DNA of 64,000 bases from Lama guanicoe (Eukaryota). Below the pieces are notes generated by a model. The model was not told where the DNA came from. It saw only the letters and a program-made list of their open reading frames with translations, and did not search any database. Shown here in pieces: positions 1 through 11,059 of the stretch. Location of the stretch: NCBI GenBank assembly GCA_013239625.1, contig MU054187.1, positions 4,909,757-4,973,756 on the forward strand, read 5' to 3'. Made by a program: the position numbers and the translations under genes. The stretch's first letter is position 1. Each line of letters starts with the position of its first letter.

Positions 1-476
1 GACCTCGAAGTTGTGCTTCTTCCGTTGATAAGCCAACATGAGTTTCTGGTTACTCAGCATTGCAGGGCCTGCCCGAACTCCCCCTGCTCCGTCTCCGTGC
101 GGAACTGCGGACAGACGGGTACTTAGGGACTCTGGTTCATCACCACGATGACATGAAACTCCACGCAGAACTTCATCTCACCAGCCAGCCTGCAGCACTG
201 CTGGCCACGCAATTCATTTCCTCCCACAGTGGAGGACAATTAAGTGAGAGCCACAGCAAGAACAGTGCAGCCTCTGTGTGCTGACCGGAGGTGGCCAGGC
301 TGTGGTGGACGGGCTCGTAGCCTCCTCTGCTGTCTCCATAGAAAGGACATGACCGACATCTGGAAGAATCTGCCAAACCATGGAGACCTGGGGTCCTGCG
401 AGACTGACTCCTCCATGTAGAACAGATAGTAAGGCGTACCCCAAAGAATCCTCTCCTTTTTCTCTGAGTCAGTATT

Positions 477-706
477 TTTTTAAATTTAATTTTTTAAATT
501 GAAGTGTAGTTGATTTATAGTGTTAGTTTCAGGTGTACAGCAAAGTGATTCAGTTATATATATATATATACCTATATATTTATACGTACTTTCAGATTTT
601 TTTCCTTTATAGCTTATTACAAGAAATTGAATATAGTTCCCTGCACTCTACAGTAGGTCCTTGTTGTTTATCTATTTTATATACAGTAGTGTGTGTTAAT
701 TGCAAA
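477..706 (-). mobile_element. 5'-truncated L1 3' end with a 13-bp target-site duplication
   Basis: T-rich tail followed by the typical laurasiatherian L1 3'UTR in antisense (gaagtgtagttgattta...gtttcaggtgtacagcaaagtgattcagttata...tacagtaggtccttgttg). Flanked by a perfect ctgagtcagtatt at 464-476 and 707-719. Confidence 0.9.
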
Positions 707-902
707 CTGAGTCAGTATTGATGCAGCTTTCTGAAATAGAAATGGACATTCAGACTCCCTGTCTTTTGCACTGACATGAAAAATGTCCAAAATTGTTTAC
801 AAAAATTTTCAAGGGGAAGCTTTCGACTTAAGAAGCTTTATTAAATGTAGTGCTTTTGATTAAACAAAAAGAAAAAATCTGAAGTCGATTTTCTTTTATT
901 TT

Positions 903-3010
903 TGCTTCCACTTAAAAATTCTTATTGTTGATGTGCAGAGCGGTGAACAATTCAAGGAAAAGGTCAAACAGGTTAACTCAGGCTGTGTAAACAGTGACTA
1001 GTTCTACAGCAGAATAACATGTACTGCAGTGATATGCCTCAAAAATCACTCCATATATGCCAAGAAGATTATGTGCTTGTTGTGAATCTGTAAGTCATGT
1101 GGGAAAGCATTTTCATTGGGTTTGCATTCCTTCTTCTCTGAACTATTGCAGAAGGGCTAATTTCATAGTTAGTCACATTCTGCATCAACTTCATACAGCA
1201 AAAGAACGACTACACAGTGACCAGATAGCTACAAGATGCACCTGCTAGTGCATCGTCTCTTCACCATGATTCCTGGGTCACCAGAAAAGATATTTTTTTT
1301 AAGGTTGGGACTAGAATCTCGGTGTCCCATGCTCCTGGCACAGTGCAGGAGCACAAAGACTAACATGTTTGTTGAATGACTGAATGACTGTTCTTGAACA
1401 ATACTGCAGGCAGTCAGTGTTGCCCTTGCTGTGGTTCCTGCTAAGACACGCCATTCCTCTTCCTAAGGGATGAGGAAAGATCTGAAATCTTTGAAAACCT
1501 ACAGAATATCAGATTGATCTCCACTCTCTTCTCTGCTCTTATCATGAACCACACCTTTCCAGAAAAAAAACCACAATAAATTACAACCCTTAACTTTTCC
1601 TTTGGTATGGTACTGTGTGCTTGGTTCCCCACTGGATCTTGGGTGGATGGTAGGCAGCAGGGAAGCTTTATTCTGTTTCACCTGTATTTTGAGAATTTGT
1701 ATCTTTACGTAAAGATCCACTCATTTAGACGGGAAAAAAACCTACTTCTGGCTTCACTTCTGATTAATTCTTAATCAGTCTAATACAATAGACCACCTAT
1801 TAATTACAGAGCTATTTGATTGTTTTGGAAGATCGGTAAAACAAGTTCATTTTCCATAGCAAAGTCACATGAATTCATAATCTGACTGAATGGGAATACG
1901 AAGAAATCACAAGTTTAATGTACTCTCAGTGTCATTTTCTTCCAATTAAAGTATGATGCTTCCACTTAAAAATTCTTATTGTTGATGTGCAGAGCGGTGA
2001 ACAATTCAAGGAAAAGGTCAAACAGGTTAACTCAGGCTGTGTAAACAGTGACTAGTTCTACAGCAGAATAACATGTACTGCAGTGATATGCCTCAAAAAT
2101 CACTCCATATATGCCAAGAAGATTATGTGCTTGTTGTGAATCTGTAAGTCATGTGGGAAAGCATTTTCATTGGGTTTGCATTCCTTCTTCTCTGAACTAT
2201 TGCAGAAGGGCTAATTTCATAGTTAGTCACATTCTGCATCAACTTCATACAGCAAAAGAACGACTACACAGTGACCAGATAGCTACAAGATGCACCTGCT
2301 AGTGCATCGTCTCTTCACCATGATTCCTGGGTCACCAGAAAAGATATTTTTTTTAAGGTTGGGACTAGAATCTCGGTGTCCCATGCTCCTGGCACAGTGC
2401 AGGAGCACAAAGACTAACATGTTTGTTGAATGACTGAATGACTGTTCTTGAACAATACTGCAGGCAGTCAGTGTTGCCCTTGCTGTGGTTCCTGCTAAGA
2501 CACGCCATTCCTCTTCCTAAGGGATGAGGAAAGATCTGAAATCTTTGAAAACCTACAGAATATCAGATTGATCTCCACTCTCTTCTCTGCTCTTATCATG
2601 AACCACACCTTTCCAGAAAAAAAACCACAATAAATTACAACCCTTAACTTTTCCTTTGGTATGGTACTGTGTGCTTGGTTCCCCACTGGATCTTGGGTGG
2701 ATGGTAGGCAGCAGGGAAGCTTTATTGTGTTTCACCTGTATTTTGAGAATTTGTATCTTTACGTAAAGATCCACTCATTTAGACGGGAAAAAAACCTACT
2801 TCTGGCTTCACTTCTGATTAATTCTTAATCAGTCTAATACAATAGACCACCTATTAATTACAGAGCTATTTGATTGTTTTGGAAGATCGGTAAAACAAGT
2901 TCATTTTCCATAGCAAAGTCACATGAATTCATAATCTGACTGAATGGGAATACGAAGAAATCACAAGTTTAATGTACTCTCAGTGTCATTTTCTTCCAAT
3001 TAAAGTATGA
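903..3010. repeat. Head-to-tail tandem duplication, 2 x 1054 bp (903-1956 and 1957-3010)
   Basis: Both units begin tgcttccacttaaaaattc and end caattaaagtatga. Duplicate ORFs in the track are offset by exactly 1054. One mismatch was seen (C1673 vs G2727). Confidence 0.97.
1310..1390 (+). mobile_element. L2 3' tail fragment (second copy at about 2364-2444)
   Basis: cctggcacagtgc...catgtttgttgaatgactgaatga resembles the L2 terminus. Confidence 0.55.
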
Positions 3011-3340
3011 AATCAAGCGTATTATCTTGCCAATAATGATAGTGTACATGGAAGATCTCTACACATTCCGTTCAGAAATTAGAACTATTTTCTCATATAG
3101 ACTAAATAATTTAAATTTGTTTCTAATTTCAAACACATTAACTACTTTTATTTAGTGGTGTGTGTGTTGTGGCGGTCACCTGACAAACGTGATCTTAGTG
3201 TATCCACAACTGAAAATCAGCCCTCAAATGTGGTATTTTCATGGGATGAACGTGTAACTTGCTATTGGTTTATGAATAAGTTCTATTTCCTGTTTTCTTT
3301 TGGACCACTGATTCTAAAAGATGTTTTCTATAAGCAAATG

Positions 3341-3400
3341 GTGTGTGTGTGTGTGTGTTTGTGTATGTGTATTTGTGTGTGTGTGTGTGTGTGTGTGTGT
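3341..3400. repeat. Interrupted (GT)n microsatellite
   Basis: Direct reading of the sequence. Confidence 0.95.
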
Positions 3401-3674
3401 TGGGAGGTGGAGCGATAGAGACATTCTGGGTCTTTTCAGTAGTCTTTCACAAAGGATACAACTCTATAAACATTAAGATATTTCTTACTAACCAAGTTGT
3501 CGATTGTCTGAGATAGTTTCAATCCCATTTACTTTGTATAATGGAGATAATACTGCATAGTGTATAAGTGCTCCCATTCTGGGATAAGTGCTGTAAAAAT
3601 GAAAGATTGCCAAAGCAATTGTTATTTAAAATAGCAAAGTATAAACACAAGACATAAAACTCAGTGGAAGCAAC

Positions 3675-4130
3675 AATATAGGAGTTGCCGGACCACATCA
3701 GATTAATAGTCCATCTAATTTGATTCTTGTTTCCAGCACTGACCAATACTTGATGCACTGGAAATTAAACAGAATTTATGCACCTACTCAATTGTGCATT
3801 GTTACTTCTGGAAGGAAAATTCTTCCTGGTCCTTGCAGGTGATTAACTTACACCCTGAAGCATGAGATTTTATTATCTTTAAATCACAATCTGGGCTTAC
3901 GGAGCTGCAAATTTTATGTTAATAGTCATAAAACGACCCATCCTATTTTCAAATTCAGACCCGATATTTATCTCAATAGCTCTCCATGGTGTGAATTCTA
4001 GAAGTTACCTCATCCTGTATGAAGAAATCATTTCTTTTGTTTCAGATTGACTATCCTTTAAGTGAACGGAGAATGGTATTTCTTTCCTATGGTCATGGCA
4101 ACAGAGAACTTACATAATTTAGTTCAATAT
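3675..4130 (-). mobile_element. Probable ancient CR1/L3-type LINE 3' end
   Basis: The blocks ataggagttgcc...atcagattaatagtccatcta and ggaaaattcttcctggtccttgcaggtgattaacttacaccctgaagcatgag resemble, in order, the antisense 3'UTR of amniote CR1 elements as recalled. Boundaries are approximate. Confidence 0.55.
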
Positions 4131-5199
4131 TGTCCTATACTGTACATTGAAAAGAAGTTTCCATTGTCCTCTGTAAGTTTGGGCATCCCAGCTCAAGGTA
4201 GAGACAAAATTCTCATATTTGACATATGACCTTCAAGTTATGGGTCTGATGACTTTTACTGAACATACTCATCCAAGTGTTGTCTCCTTCCACGCCGGCG
4301 CCCCTGAGAAGCTGTATGCTTTATTTCAATAAAGCTGCTTTTCCTTGGAATATTTGGGAACTTCCCAGTAGGATTCTCTTCAGGGCCTGCAGGACCCCAT
4401 TTTACATATCCTTAGACAGCACTTTGTCTTTTGCTGGTGAATTTGATTTTTGGAAACGGCTAAGAGTCACTTGAAGCCAAGTCTGTGGGTTGTATCTGGG
4501 TGATGTTTGGGGAAAAGAATGAGGTGTGAAAACAATGTAACAAGATTGATTTTGCTAACGTGGCTCATAAACTTTTGCTGAGTGCGGTTCAAAGAGGAGT
4601 TTCCAAAATCTTTTGAACCCTGGGAGCAATGATAAAATAAGTTTGTAACCTCCCAAGGTGACTCCTTTGACTGCAACACTCATTTCGGGAATATAAATTC
4701 TGGTCCATATGGTAAAATGAAACCCGTTCCAACTGCTTTAAAGTTACACATTGTTTTCAATATAATAATTTAGACTCATGTCGAGGAATTCCAGTCTATG
4801 GAAAAACTACATTTCCTTAAGCTTTACTTAACAGCCCAAACTAAAATGTTCTTAAATGGTGTGTAAAACCACTCCAGCCAAGAAGCCGTAGCCTCACGAA
4901 GGCGATATTCTCAGTCGTCGGATTATTCGCAGTTGCCTTGACAAAAGGCTCATCAAGACCATTTCGTTTAAGGAACCCGTGTAGATGAGTTTTTTTTCCC
5001 AATGTCTAAATCATTTCTTATCTTTATAAAAGAATGTACGCATGAAGCAAATTTTTCTTCTTTTCATGCCATTTTTACGATTTCGTTGTATCAAAGCAGC
5101 CTCGCAGACGCTGAAAACACGATCCAGCTAATCTCCGATCATACACAGCACTTGCCTCGTCCTTTGCACACCTATCAATAACAGTACAAAGGAAACTGG

Positions 5200-5430
5200 T
5201 GATAATAACAACTGCTGGTATTACGTGCTTTTCTGTGGTCGAGATCCTAAGTCATGCCACTGATGAGAGTCTCCTGTTTTATTCTCATGGAAACCTAATG
5301 AGGGAGGTCCTACTAACTGCTCTGTTTAACACATTAGTAAATTGGTACTTGAAACAGCTGAATAACGTGCACAAAAGCAAGCAGTAAGGAGGTGAGCAAC
5401 CTGGAATTCGAACCCTGGCCCACGTGCCCC
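5200..5430 (-). mobile_element. MIR SINE
   Basis: Antisense MIR layout: ttattctcatggaaacctaatgagggagg...cctggaattcgaaccc (B-box). Confidence 0.65.
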
Positions 5431-6349
5431 CAGGGCCTGGGTCTCTGCCCTCGAGGGCCCTGGGTGTGACACTGGTGGTGCTTTCCAGGGTCTTAACGCG
5501 CTCGCCTCAGTGCCTGGTGGAAGCAGAGATGCGGAGGATGCCTTCAAGACCGTCTCCAAACCTAGTTATACATTTTTGCTTCTTGCTTTTAAATTTCTCA
5601 ATGTAAAGAAACTGTTTGCCTGAAGAACCCATGAGCCTGGTCATGCTCCCTGCTCAGATGGAGTTGTTCCAGTGTGAAATGACGTCTCTGTCGTTCTGGA
5701 TTCAGGGAGAAGGGAGCCTGATACCCATTCTGGGTCGAACATGCCCTGGTCTGTGTTTCTCTGGCTCAGTCATTTCAAATCCCTCTTCCCTGCTACTATC
5801 TCCTGCCCTCTCCCCTTTCAGTCACTTTTACGACTCTTCCCTCTGAAATCTCTCTTTAAATTCTAGAGCCTAAAACTGAACAGGTGAGTCACTCCAGGTC
5901 AGACCCGGACCGTGTCTGCAGGACCCATTGCTCCCTTTTCCGCTTCCTTCAACATGCAGGTGTTTGCATGGTGGGGTGGCCTGTGCTCGGCGGGTCTGTC
6001 ACTGGCTCCACGTGCCCAGGTGCCACACCTGGAACAAAAGGGCACAGAGCGGTGCTTCCCAACATCCTGCAGGCGCCAGCATCCTCCAAGGGTCTCCACC
6101 CCCGAGCCCCAGTCTCATATAAGCCAGGATAGCTTTACAGCTGGCCATCTCATAGGCAAGAGTTGGTCCAGAATTTTATTAAAGATAACAAGAGATCATA
6201 GTTCTAAGGACAGAAATATCGATAATCATTCAGGGTAGAGAAAGCCTACAAGCTTTGGAACGAGAGGGCGAGGACTGTGAGTTCTTCCCTGCCATTGCCA
6301 GCCTCTCCCGAGTCTCAGATTCTCCAAGGCATTCAGTCTGTCTGCCTAG

Positions 6350-6465
6350 AAGCTGTCCAGAAAATGGGGTGAGATCTTACTTTGTAGGGTTGTTGTGATG
6401 ATGAGTGGAACAGATATAAAATGCCAAGCACAGCGTGGGACATGTATAAGCTACTCGATAGCCAA
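6350..6465 (+). mobile_element. MIR 3' half
   Basis: aaaatggggt...tagggttgttgtgatgatgagtg...gcacagcgtgggacat matches the MIR core and tail. Confidence 0.6.
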
Positions 6466-7170
6466 GTGCCCTGTGCGTTCGTGTTATTACTGAAAAAAAT
6501 TCAGTGTCCATCCGAGAATGTCAGTATTGTCCTTCTGAGATGAGAAGGTTAGAACATTTCATCTACTATGACTGAGCTGTTTTATTTTGAGTTGATTTCA
6601 ACTTTATTTGGGCCTGGAGTCGTGTTAATTAATATGCTGGAATAGAGTCGTGTTAATATAAAGTACATTTAAGCTAAAAATGTTATCATTGAAAGGAAAG
6701 GAGCGTTGCTAATCCTATGACTCAGTCTCACAGGTGGAGCCAACATTCCCTGGCTGTCTCTATTTTTTGATTATGTTCCGTAAGAAGCAGTTAATTTTAG
6801 AGGATCGTTTCAAACCTCTGAAGCACCACGAAACATTCTACTTTGATCTGTTGTGTTCATCTTCCGGCTCTCGGCACCACGCCTGTGCCTGACAAGGAAC
6901 AGGTGTCGTGCAGCCCGGGCTGGGATGCAGAGTGTGGCCTGGAGTGGAAGCTCCGAGAAGCAGCAGACTTGACATGGCCGCACACCAGCGAGGGGAAGGG
7001 CTGCTGGCCTAGGGACGCCACGCCTTATGGGGTGAAACAAATACATGGCATAGAAACCTGATACCAAAATATGTAGCCCCGGAGGCAACACCGAAGTTGC
7101 CAGCAAGAACTTAGGAGACGGACACAGTGCTTTGGCTAATGCAGTATTTCACCGACAAAAGTGACCTTAG

Positions 7171-8230
7171 GAAACCATCATCAAACAAAAAGACAACCTA
7201 CAGAATGGGAGAAAATATTCGCAAACTGACAAGGGGTTAATACCCATATAAACAAATAACTCATACAGCTCAATACAAAAAAGTAATCAAAAATGGGCAA
7301 GAGACCTAAACAGACATTTCTCCTAAGAAAACATCCAGATGGCCAGCAGGCAGGAGAAGATACGCTCAACGTCGCTAATTATGAGAGAAGTTCGAATCAA
7401 AACTACAGTGAGTTACCACCTCATACCCGTCAGAATGGCCATCGTCAAAAAGTCTACATATGATAAATGCTGGAGAGGGTGTGGAGAAAAGGGAACCCTC
7501 CTACACTGTTGGTACGAATGTAAACTGGAAACAGTATAGGTTCTTTAAAAAACTAAAAATAGAGTTACATTATGATCCAGCAAATTTCACTCATGGGCAT
7601 ATATCCGGAAAAGGTAAAAGCTCTAATTGGAAAAGATACCTGCACCCCAGTGCTCATAGCAGCACTATTTACAACAGCCAAGACATGGAAGCAACCTAAG
7701 TGTCCATCAGCAGATGATTAGTTTAAGAAAGGTGTGAGATATATATATATACACACACACACACATACACACACACAATGAATATTACTCAGCTATAAAA
7801 AATAATAAAATACTAAAAAAAAATGAAATACCACCATTTGCAGCAACATGGATGGACCTAGAGATGATCATACTAAGTGAAGTAAGTCAGACAAAGACAA
7901 AGACAAATGTTACATGATATCACTCACATGTGGAATATAAAAAATAATACAAATCTATACACAAAACAGAAACAGACTCACAGAAAACAAACTCATGGTT
8001 ACCAAAGGGGAAAGGGAGTGGGGGGTGGAAAAATTAGATTTATCGGATCCACAGACCCAAACTATTAAACAAAACAGAAAAGCAACAAGAATTTACTATA
8101 TGGAACAGGGAACTATATTCCATATCGTGTAATAACCTATTATGGAAGATAATCTGAAAATATTTATATATAACTGAATCACTTTGCTGTACACCTGAAA
8201 ATACATAATACTGTAACACAAACGTGCTTT
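7171..8230 (+). mobile_element. 5'-truncated L1 (degenerate ORF2 C-terminus plus 3'UTR) with a probable TSD
   Basis: ORF 7339-7539 gives L1 ORF2-like [30 protein letters not shown]. 3'UTR motifs are present (atttgcagcaacatggatggacctagag, gtaagtcagaca). Flanks aagtgaccttag (7159-7170) and aagtggccttag (8231-8242) differ at one base. Contains an (AT)n(AC)n tract at about 7740-7777. Confidence 0.93.
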
Positions 8231-8529
8231 AAGTGGCCTTAGAAGAGAAGACGCCGGTGCTCCACCCTGACTTGCGGGGCGGGGGGTGTGCTATGGAAGC
8301 AGGTCGAGCACGCTGGCAGGAGCAGGTGCAGGAGGGCCCAGCACAAGGACTGAGGGAGGTGGAGGTCAGCTCCGGGCCCGGGCACTTGTTACCTGCGTGA
8401 AACTCTTCCTCTTTGGTGGATTGTTAACCATCAAGCCTACTTTGAGGATAGGGCGTGGGGGCTGAGTGAAGTCATTCACATAAAGTTATCTCTTAAACAC
8501 AGAAGCCCGATCAAGTCACCCCCTGCGGA

Positions 8530-9045
8530 AGCCCGTTCGGGGGTGTCCTGCTGCACAGAGAATCAAGCCTGGCTCCTTGCCAGGCCCTGCAAGGCCTTCG
8601 TGGCTGGGCTGCTGCCCACCCTCCCAGCTCCATCTCAAACCACACTCCAGCCACACCGACCTCCTCTCACTCCAAGGAGGGATTTCTGTCCCCCGTGCCT
8701 GCACCTGCTGCACTGCTGCCCGGCGGGCTCCGTCCCAGGCGCCCTCTGTGTCCCTCTGTCTTCCCTTGCACTCAGCTCCAGTGTCACCCTTCAAAGAGGG
8801 CTCGGCAGACCACCCGATCAGATGCCTTGCTTTGTTTCCTTCAGAAAGCTTCGATTCACAAAGATCTCGGTCATTTTTACTAACTTATGTTTTCACTAGT
8901 GGTCTCCCCAGACTGGAGAGAAAGCTCTTTAAGTGCAGGGGACGAACCTGCCAGTTCTCCACCGCGTCCTCCCAGCCTGGCCCAGGGCTCGGCACAGACC
9001 CCCGCCCAGGGAAATTCACCAAGTGAGCATGTGAATGAGTGAACG
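8530..9045 (+). mobile_element. L2 3' fragment, unusually GC-rich
   Basis: ctccagccacacc..., tcagctccagtgtcacc..., ctcccagactggagagaaagctctttaagtgcagggg and the tail tgaatgagtgaa follow L2 3' consensus order. Confidence 0.7.
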
Positions 9046-10978
9046 GGAAAGAGGGAGCTTGTCTGGCACCCTGGGGTGACCTGGAACTGTATCATTGGCA
9101 AGCAGCACTTTACAACCGCACCTTCAGGTCTTCCAGAATAGGGAAATAATTTATAACATACTAAGATTATAACATGGAAAAATACTTGTGTAAATATGAA
9201 TGGCTGTTATTTTCCTTGTGATAATTTTAAATGGGAAAGAAATGGGTTTTTACATATGTTTCTGTGTGCAGTCGGTGGGCAGGCTGGTAAATTTTCTGCA
9301 TGTGCCTGCAAGGTTATATTGCAAATATCCCAACCACATACAACGTCAGGGAACCATCTTTCTAACCTGGAGAGGGTGTTCATAACTTTTCTTCAATTTG
9401 TGCACATACAATAGATACTTGTACATAAATAGACATTCAACCGCTCCGGCAAAATCCCTACTGCCAGAGAGATGAAAAACAACAGAGTAAGCTGGAAAGA
9501 AAGCGCTTGGTTTTTTTAAATGTAGAAATGGCAGTTCGCAGCATTTATACAAATTGCCGTATATGGAGGGTTGCAACTCGGAGAATGAATAGTAAGAAAA
9601 GTTGCAGCCAAGAGCAAATCTGAGGACACTCGTTTTGCAAGTAAAGGGCTTAGTCAGTGTTGCAGCATCCTGGCAATCTGCTTTGCATTGGGTTTGAGAG
9701 TGTGTGCACTGATTTTCTTGTACGTAAAATGTTCTGACTAAAACTTCTATTTAAAATGCTCAAAAAGAAACTTATCTCGGATGAAATAAGAAGAATTCAT
9801 ATGTCCTCTAACATTTTGGGCATATTAATCTGAATAATATCAAGTGACTACATCACCCAATGGCTGGATGGATCTAAGACTTTGTACCTCACTGTTTTTC
9901 TTGCTATAATTTTATATATGTGCTGTGAATTCTGTAAATACACAGAAAAGTGAAATGGTATCAGCAGAAAATATAAATAGCTTCAAAACTAGCTGGAAAA
10001 ATTAGAAAGTGTGAGATCTGTAGTGAGATAGCACAGATGAGCTAGAAATTTTAAGGTTAAAAAATAAATGTGAAGTTTTCCCACAATGTCGTATCTTAGT
10101 TGTGGAACATAAAGTTGCGTTAGACCAACAGTGTCCTGGGATCTCTTATGCCTTGTGGATTTAGTGCTCCTTTTTCTTCTATGCATCATACATTCATTAT
10201 CTATTGTCCTCAATAAAAACTATTTTATATAATTAGAATTGTTGGAAGAGGGGGGTGGATGTTTGTGGATAGAAGAGAAAGTATTTTTCGTGGGTGCATA
10301 GAATGAAGCCCAGAGCCTCACGCCACACTGAGCCAAGTGGCAGCCACATTTGGACTTAAATGACACAGTGTCCAGTTCTCACATCTGCAGCCCTGTCTCT
10401 GTGAGGTGAGCTCCCTGAGAATCTACAAGAGGAATTACAGCTTTAATAACCCGACATCAGAGTTAATGCGAGTGTTTCTAACAGAAAGGATTTGTGTTTG
10501 AGATAGGCTAATGCATACAATATTTTAAAGTGGTGTTTTCATTTTCAAATGAAATGATGCATTTTTTTCATTTGTTCGTTTTGGCCGCTTTACATCCTTA
10601 TGATGTTGTAATGAGGCCAAAACTGAAGACAGTTGGCATCTCCTTAGCAAAGAGCAACGGGATCGAGTCGGGGTCATGGTGGCAGAACTTGGTGAAACAG
10701 AAGGCTGGCTCAGGATTAACAATGCACTGTGACCAACCCTCAGACCAACAACCCACAGGCAGGCAGCGTAGCACAAAAGGCCAGTGGATGCTGCTCTGGT
10801 CCTTTAGGTATGAACAAATATTTGTATAACATACAGCTTTGTTTAGAATTTACTTGTTCTTTTTCAGCAAATAAGATTGTGCAGAAATGCTAACATAATC
10901 TTTTATGCTTCCAAATGGCCATCATTGTCTGCAGCAAGATGGCCACACTCCGTCACAGACCACACGATTGCCCGTTAC

Positions 10979-11059
10979 CTTGGATACAAGGCTGGCTCTG
11001 TATGCTGCCAGTTGCTTCAGGTACTCCTTCTTTGCAGCCTCTGTTTTCTTTTTATAGAC
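10979..11059 (-). CDS. TOX: TOX coding exon (equivalent to human exon 6), 81 bp / 27 codons: HMG-box helix 3 ([27 protein letters not shown])
   Basis: Not in the ORF track; read manually from the reverse complement as GTC TAT AAA AAG AAA ACA GAG GCT GCA AAG AAG GAG TAC CTG AAG CAA CTG GCA GCA TAC AGA GCC AGC CTT GTA TCC AAG. Acceptor is ctttgttgttacag| with a branch-like ttctaat upstream, and donor is AAG|gtaacg. It continues the HMG box in frame. Confidence 0.97.

Noticed and set aside
1057..2774. Pairs of identical ORFs (63 aa, 63 aa, 73 aa) suggesting duplicated small genes
   Set aside because: They are by-products of the 1054-bp DNA duplication and show no recognisable protein features.
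8516..9101. Cluster of overlapping ORFs of up to 149 aa
   Set aside because: Explained by stop-codon depletion in a GC-rich L2 relic.
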